NCBI GenBank assembly: GCA_002633005.1
Contig: NMRA01000103.1
Location: 837,612 to 901,611 of the forward strand
Direction: 5' to 3'
DNA: 64,000 nt
From: Phoronis australis
Lineage: Eukaryota; Animalia; Phoronida
The notes below the pieces were generated by a model. The model saw nothing but the letters and a program-made list of their open reading frames with translations, was not told where the DNA came from and did no database searches. The position numbers and the translations under genes are program-made. This document shows, piece by piece, positions 57,201 through 63,200 of this stretch (position 1 is its first letter; the number at the start of each line of letters is the position of its first letter).

Positions 57201-60200
57201 CTTTTAACACGCTCAGTCTCTGTCATAAATTAATTGATGTTACAACAGAACAAAAGCCTCTTACCCCCACGCATGTGTGTCCTTTGAAGTAAGCGATCTG
57301 GCTACAAAAGTGCTAGCGAAAACGCCAGTAGGTTTGGGGGAACTCAAACCTCCAGCAAAGTGCCAGCAAAAGTGTCTCTTGCAACCGTTCACATTACTGG
57401 TGTATTTGCTGCAAGCCAAAGAGCTAGTGAAAATGCTAGCGTTTTAGCCAGCATGTGGACTGGGTAAAAGCAACATGAAAGAGCAACACAAAGTGTTGAG
57501 ATGTGACAATGACTTCACCGCAAACAGTATGCTCCTGGGTGTGTTTATTAGTGAATGTAAAATGGCCCTTAGTTGGCGTAGAATTCATAGAGATTGTCAT
57601 CCCTTGCCATCTCCATAAAAACATATCTGATAACTTTCATGAAGATCTTTCGAGGGGCTTTGGAGACACAGCAGCAGATGAAGAGATGGCAGCAATACAT
57701 GATAATTGGGGGCGTATAAAAAGTACCAATGAGTACGCGAGACACAGTGAAGCTGTTATAGTTAGGCCAGACCTTCATTCAAAGATGAAATATACAAGAC
57801 TAAGTTGAACAATTTTAAAAAATTCACTGATTTGAACCCCGTTAACGTGAAAAAGTATTCTGTTTCTGTAAAATTCAAAATGAATTTTCTTTGAAAATGT
57901 TCTGCTATTATTTAATGTTTGCATGCAATTTGAAATAGGCCCTAGTTTAGATTTTTGAAAGTTTAAAAATTGAGATGTAGACCTCTTTGAAGAATATGGC
58001 CAAGTCTTGATTATTTTCTAAAAGTTAATAAAATCTTAACTATCAGATAACCACCAAAAGCAAGATCACCAGAACCAAAAAAATGCACAAATAGTGCACA
58101 CAACCAATTTATAACTTTGGAAACAAATATTTTGTTAAATATTGTACAAAATAATTAAAAAACAACAAACTTACGTATTGGCTAACTTGCAGCGTGTCGA
58201 CATGAGGACCATACATGTGGTACCAGAACTGAACGCATTGTGGTGCCACACCAGAAATGGGCTGGGAAAGCAAGATGGCCGTGTCATTTGGCTGACGGGG
58301 AGCAGACGCCTCGATGTAGACATAGTAACCTTGGTCTGCAATCATCAATATCATCATTAGGAAGGATGGTGCACAAAAGAAAAGCTAAGAATTGGGGGTA
58401 TCTTCAAGACACACCTACACAGGTACGGAGTGATAATTTTGCCTAAAAGGCAAATTGAACAGGGTTACACTGAAACGTTAGAGCTGTATTTTGCCCTGTT
58501 AACCTGGCTAAAAACAAAAATTAAATTTTGATTTTTACTGCGAGACTCTTAGAACCTGTCTCATAATATAAAAATATTTTTACCGCAAAGGACTCCATTT
58601 TCTAAAATGAAATCCTATCATGTGAAATCCAACTTAAAGTAATTAAAAGCAAAAAGGAGACAATGAAATAAGATGACATAAAATTATTTCAAAAGTAACG
58701 AAGCATGCGTAGAATATCACATTAACTGTGCTCGTAGATAAAAAGATTTTAATTCTGCATCATTAACTTTCATGGAAGAAAGGTGCAGAGGGGTCAAAGC
58801 GTTACTGACCTGTACCCTTGGTGTGATCAGCTGTAGGTCCGGTGAGTGTTGAACCCGTCGGTCCTTGTGCTCGGGTCCAGTCAAAGCGGTCAGTCTTGGA
58901 CTGTGTCCAGCCACAAATGTCCTTCTCAAAGTCACAGTCGTTGGATGTCTTAGGTACAAAAGGTGTGGTGCTTGGGCCGAGGGTAGTCGATGGCACTGGA
59001 GTGGTGGTGGCAATGGCAGGGATAACTGGGAGTAAAGGAGTAATTATGATTGATACGGTTACTAGGAAATATCGTAGACAGAGCATCCAACTTAACTAAC
59101 TACACCCATAACCTGCAGGTGTCACTAGTCTACATTAAGACACAGACTCAACTTCAACAAAAAAATCATATCCGTTCAATTAACAGGAAATGAGGAAATG
59201 TCGAAAAATCCAGTAATCATTGCTCAGTACCACATCAAAAATATGTTCAATACCCAAGATGTAACTGAAAATAGGATGTTTGTAGCAAATTAGAACTTGA
59301 GGGTAGCATTTAAGTGTGAAGCACAAATTAAAAGGTTTAGGCTGGTTGTGTTGTGAGAACAGCATGTGATCATCAACTGACCAGAGCACGCAGAGTCGGT
59401 GAAGACGACGTCATCTACGGCAATGCCTCCTCGCAGATTTGTTCCCTTCGTACCCTGGATGATCACCTGAAGAAGGCAACACACTCTGGTGAAACATCAC
59501 CGCCTGGGTTGTTTAAATATATATTAATATTGAATAAACAAACAAAGAAATGAAAGGGCTCTACAGAATGACACATTCATTATTATGTCAAATAAATAAA
59601 TGTTATCAACGGCAAATTTTATGCCACACTTTGTGAATTTTGCTGCACAAGTACATATACCCAAAAACTAACACTGACCTTATAGTCACTTTTAGTAGTG
59701 AAGCTGGTTTGTCCAGGTAGCCAGTTGAGTCCTTTACCTCCTGATTGCAGCCATATCGGTTTGGGTTTATTTGGGTACCCCTGGCCTGCGGGGTACTCCT
59801 GTACAAAGATCTGCAGAGAACCTGTAAAATGAAGGATAGCTATTAACACGCGTGTTCATTGGACGATTAATTAGTATACGAAATAGTAAGTGGCAGCACT
59901 TTGAACTTTGACTCGTACATTGTGAGAGACACCATAACCAACATCTCTACTGATCAAAGTCTTTGATCGTCAATATACTGAATACGTTAAAATCTTGCCA
60001 ATTTCAGATGAAAATAATTGCCAAAATTTCCATTTCTTCATTTTTCAAAGGCTTCTAATAACGTAAAAGTTGTGAACGTCCACAGTTTTTTCAAAACTAC
60101 ACGTTTCACAGCTATATTGCGTCCTTTTACAGATTTTCCAGACTGCTGTTGTGGGACAGTTGTAAGCTCATAAACTCACGGTGACATCACAGATAACTTG

Positions 60201-63200
60201 GAGACGTGCAACCCGATTTGTAATTTGCGTTTTAGGAGGTGAAATCTGACACCAGTGTGACATGATGGCATGTGCCGCAAGAACATACAAATTATGGGGC
60301 AGTCAAGTGACAAGTGTTGCTTACCAACATATGATTTACTATCACTACGTTACGTGTAAAATCACAGGATGTTTACCAGTAAATAACCATCTCAGAATGC
60401 GTTTGAACAATGACAGTAGCATCATAGAGAACATCCCTCAAATTAAAGCATGGACGCGCCTCCAACAGCCAAGGCCGCATCCTGTCCGTAAACATTGGTC
60501 TTTTATTGAAATCAATGCAGACCACCTAGCTATTCACGAATTGGCTTAATACTAAATATAAATGCTACAGTGTGAGTCAAACGTGTCCATTAAGGAAATG
60601 TATGCATTTTTTAAAATAAAATTTATAAAAGACAAGCAGCAATAACAATTAGTACAATATAAATAATTACGATTATTATGACAAAAACAATAGTATGATA
60701 ATAATAGTAATAAATACAATCATCTCACCAATATCTTGTCCATCCATAAAGTAGTAGAATCTGAAACATTTACTGGAGAGAGCTGCTGGCATCAGAGTGC
60801 TCATATACATAGCTTTGTCCCCCTTCTTCAGGGGCAGACCAGTGGTCATCAACAGATAGGAGCCTAGGGGAAGATAAGGTAAGTTGATTCAGTCATTTCT
60901 CATAAAACAATTGACAAAAGTGTAAATTTAATTTCCAGTAGCTATCAACATCGCTACATATAATATTTACAATTTAACGATGAAGTGAACAAGTCGGTTC
61001 AATATAAATCCTTCTAATGAGGGTCTAAAATGTAAATAATGGCCTAAAAGGTATTAATTCCATAATGTTTATTTCTCTTGAGAAATTACTAGCATAAGGC
61101 AAAAATTTCAGTCTCCTGCATATTGAATGTCAAATAAGTGAAGATTTGCAATATTATCTGTTTTAAAATGTGTTAAATTTTATTAACAGTTGTTTATTTA
61201 TTACATGGTACTTGCAGGTTTTAATTTCAAGGAACCCCCACCGGCAAACAAATGATCTGAAGATCCATAAAGCTATATAGCAATAAACAACAGGCTTAAG
61301 ATATGGCTGAGAATGTTAATTCATACCAGATGTATCTCCCTTGGTGTGGTCAACCGAGGGCCCTGAGAGTGGAGGTGCATTCTGGCCTGTCGTTCGCACC
61401 CAGTCAAACTGGTCGATGCTGCTCGGGGCATTGGACCATAGACAGTCGCCTGCTTCAAAGTCGCAGTTACCACCCACTGGGCACAGTCCGTCAGAGACGG
61501 TGACATCATCAATGGATATGTCGCCCTGATAGTTTGCTCCAACCTCTCCCTCGAACACCACCTGAAAAAAGGATGGGGTAACCCACGTATAAACAAATTG
61601 AATGTAGTCATGTAGTGAGGCTCAGTGGTTTGTACTCCGGACTCCCATTTGGGAGACCTGGGTTCGAATCCTGGCTTCACTGGCTGATAATTGAGCATTG
61701 CACAAAGGTGTCTCCTACTCTTCTGAGCTCAGTCTTACTTGTGAATGTATACATGGGAGTGAATGAGAACCTGGATGTAATGTGAATGCGATTTCCAAGT
61801 ATGTGCTCATATTTTTTGCATCAGGAATAGAGTGAGTGACATAATGATGTGGAATGTAGATAACAAATCATACTCAAATTTGTAGGGAAAGTCCTGGCGT
61901 GCGTTCAGCAGACGCTAGGACCTACGCTAGGACCTAGCTAAAACCTAGTCAAAGTCACGTGTTCTTATTCAAAATACACGGCGAAATCTCACGTATTCTC
62001 GCGAAGTCTTGCTTTTTAGCGAGGTCCAGGCATTACTGAACGGGAGGCCGGTTTGCACACAGTGTAATTGACTTATATTTACATTTGAAACAAGCTTGCC
62101 AAGTCTACAGCCATGTGCAACTTTGGAGAAAAACATATAAGAAAGCAATCAAGTATAGTCTCATGGTTGCTGCTCACAGTGTCTTCAATTTCTACATTTT
62201 TAAAAGATTTCCAGGAAATAATTTTTGCTAGTTTCCCCAAAAAAGACAGGATGCATTTGCAGTGATTGTTAAAAAGTATGAAGTGAATGGATTGGACCCA
62301 TAACAGGATTTAGCAATATTGTTCTTATATTTTGCTGTTTCATTGCCAGGGTTGAATTCTAACCAAAACCACTTTGTTGTCAAAAACATAACCACTCTTG
62401 CAGAATGATTCATCAACTCAAGTCATAAGCAATGTGCACACACACCATCTTCCATTTGAAACACTTTGTTGAGTCACTAACAATTTTGATCTTATTGATT
62501 ACATGGAAATAATGGTAATGAGTATAACAAGACTGATTTGAAGATCTAAACCAGATTCATTCATTTCTCATTTTTTCGCGGCGAAAATATTGAGGAAATG
62601 CATTTTCAAGTATAATATCTCATGAGAATTCTGTCCCTTTAACCTTCGTTTTTCACGCATGAAAACTATTGGGTGTCTCAAAAACTGTTTCAAATGACAG
62701 TAACTGGGACTGCACTGAAGTTTGAGCACATTTTTGGAGCACCATCATTTTCCGGATTTTCGAGATTTCCCGCCGCGAACAGTTACGATACTTCTGCACC
62801 TTAAGTCAACACTTACCTGCCATGTTGCTGGCGATGAGACAGACACCTGGGCAGGGAACCAACTGTCGCCATGCGAAGATGTAATCGTGAAGAGCGATGA
62901 ACCCAAGACGTTGGCACTCTTGGCATAGATGTTAAAAGAGCCGATACCGCCACCATTCACGTGATACCAGAAACGGACACAAGAACCGGTGGTGGCTTTC
63001 TGTACAGGACTAATGAGACGAGCCTTCTCGCCGCGTTTACGAGGTGACGACGCCTCAATGTACATGTACTTGCCTAAAAAAGGAAAATGGAGATGCTCAA
63101 TCAAGTAGTTGTTGAAGCCACTATCAACTGTTTTCTGCAAGTTCGACGACAAAGTTCCTGTGACACTACAGATGTCAACACGGAAAAGTGTATATTTTCA

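Noticed and set aside
61613-61685. tRNA gene
   Set aside because: A/B boxes are present, but the acceptor stem is poor and the downstream body is shared with a diverged second copy, which indicates a SINE head.
6499-62928. Numerous + strand ORFs (e.g. 6499, 10128, 28418, 43393, 45855, 53637, 58842) as nested genes
   Set aside because: They are antisense shadows of GC-rich MAM exons with no recognisable motifs or independent splice structure.
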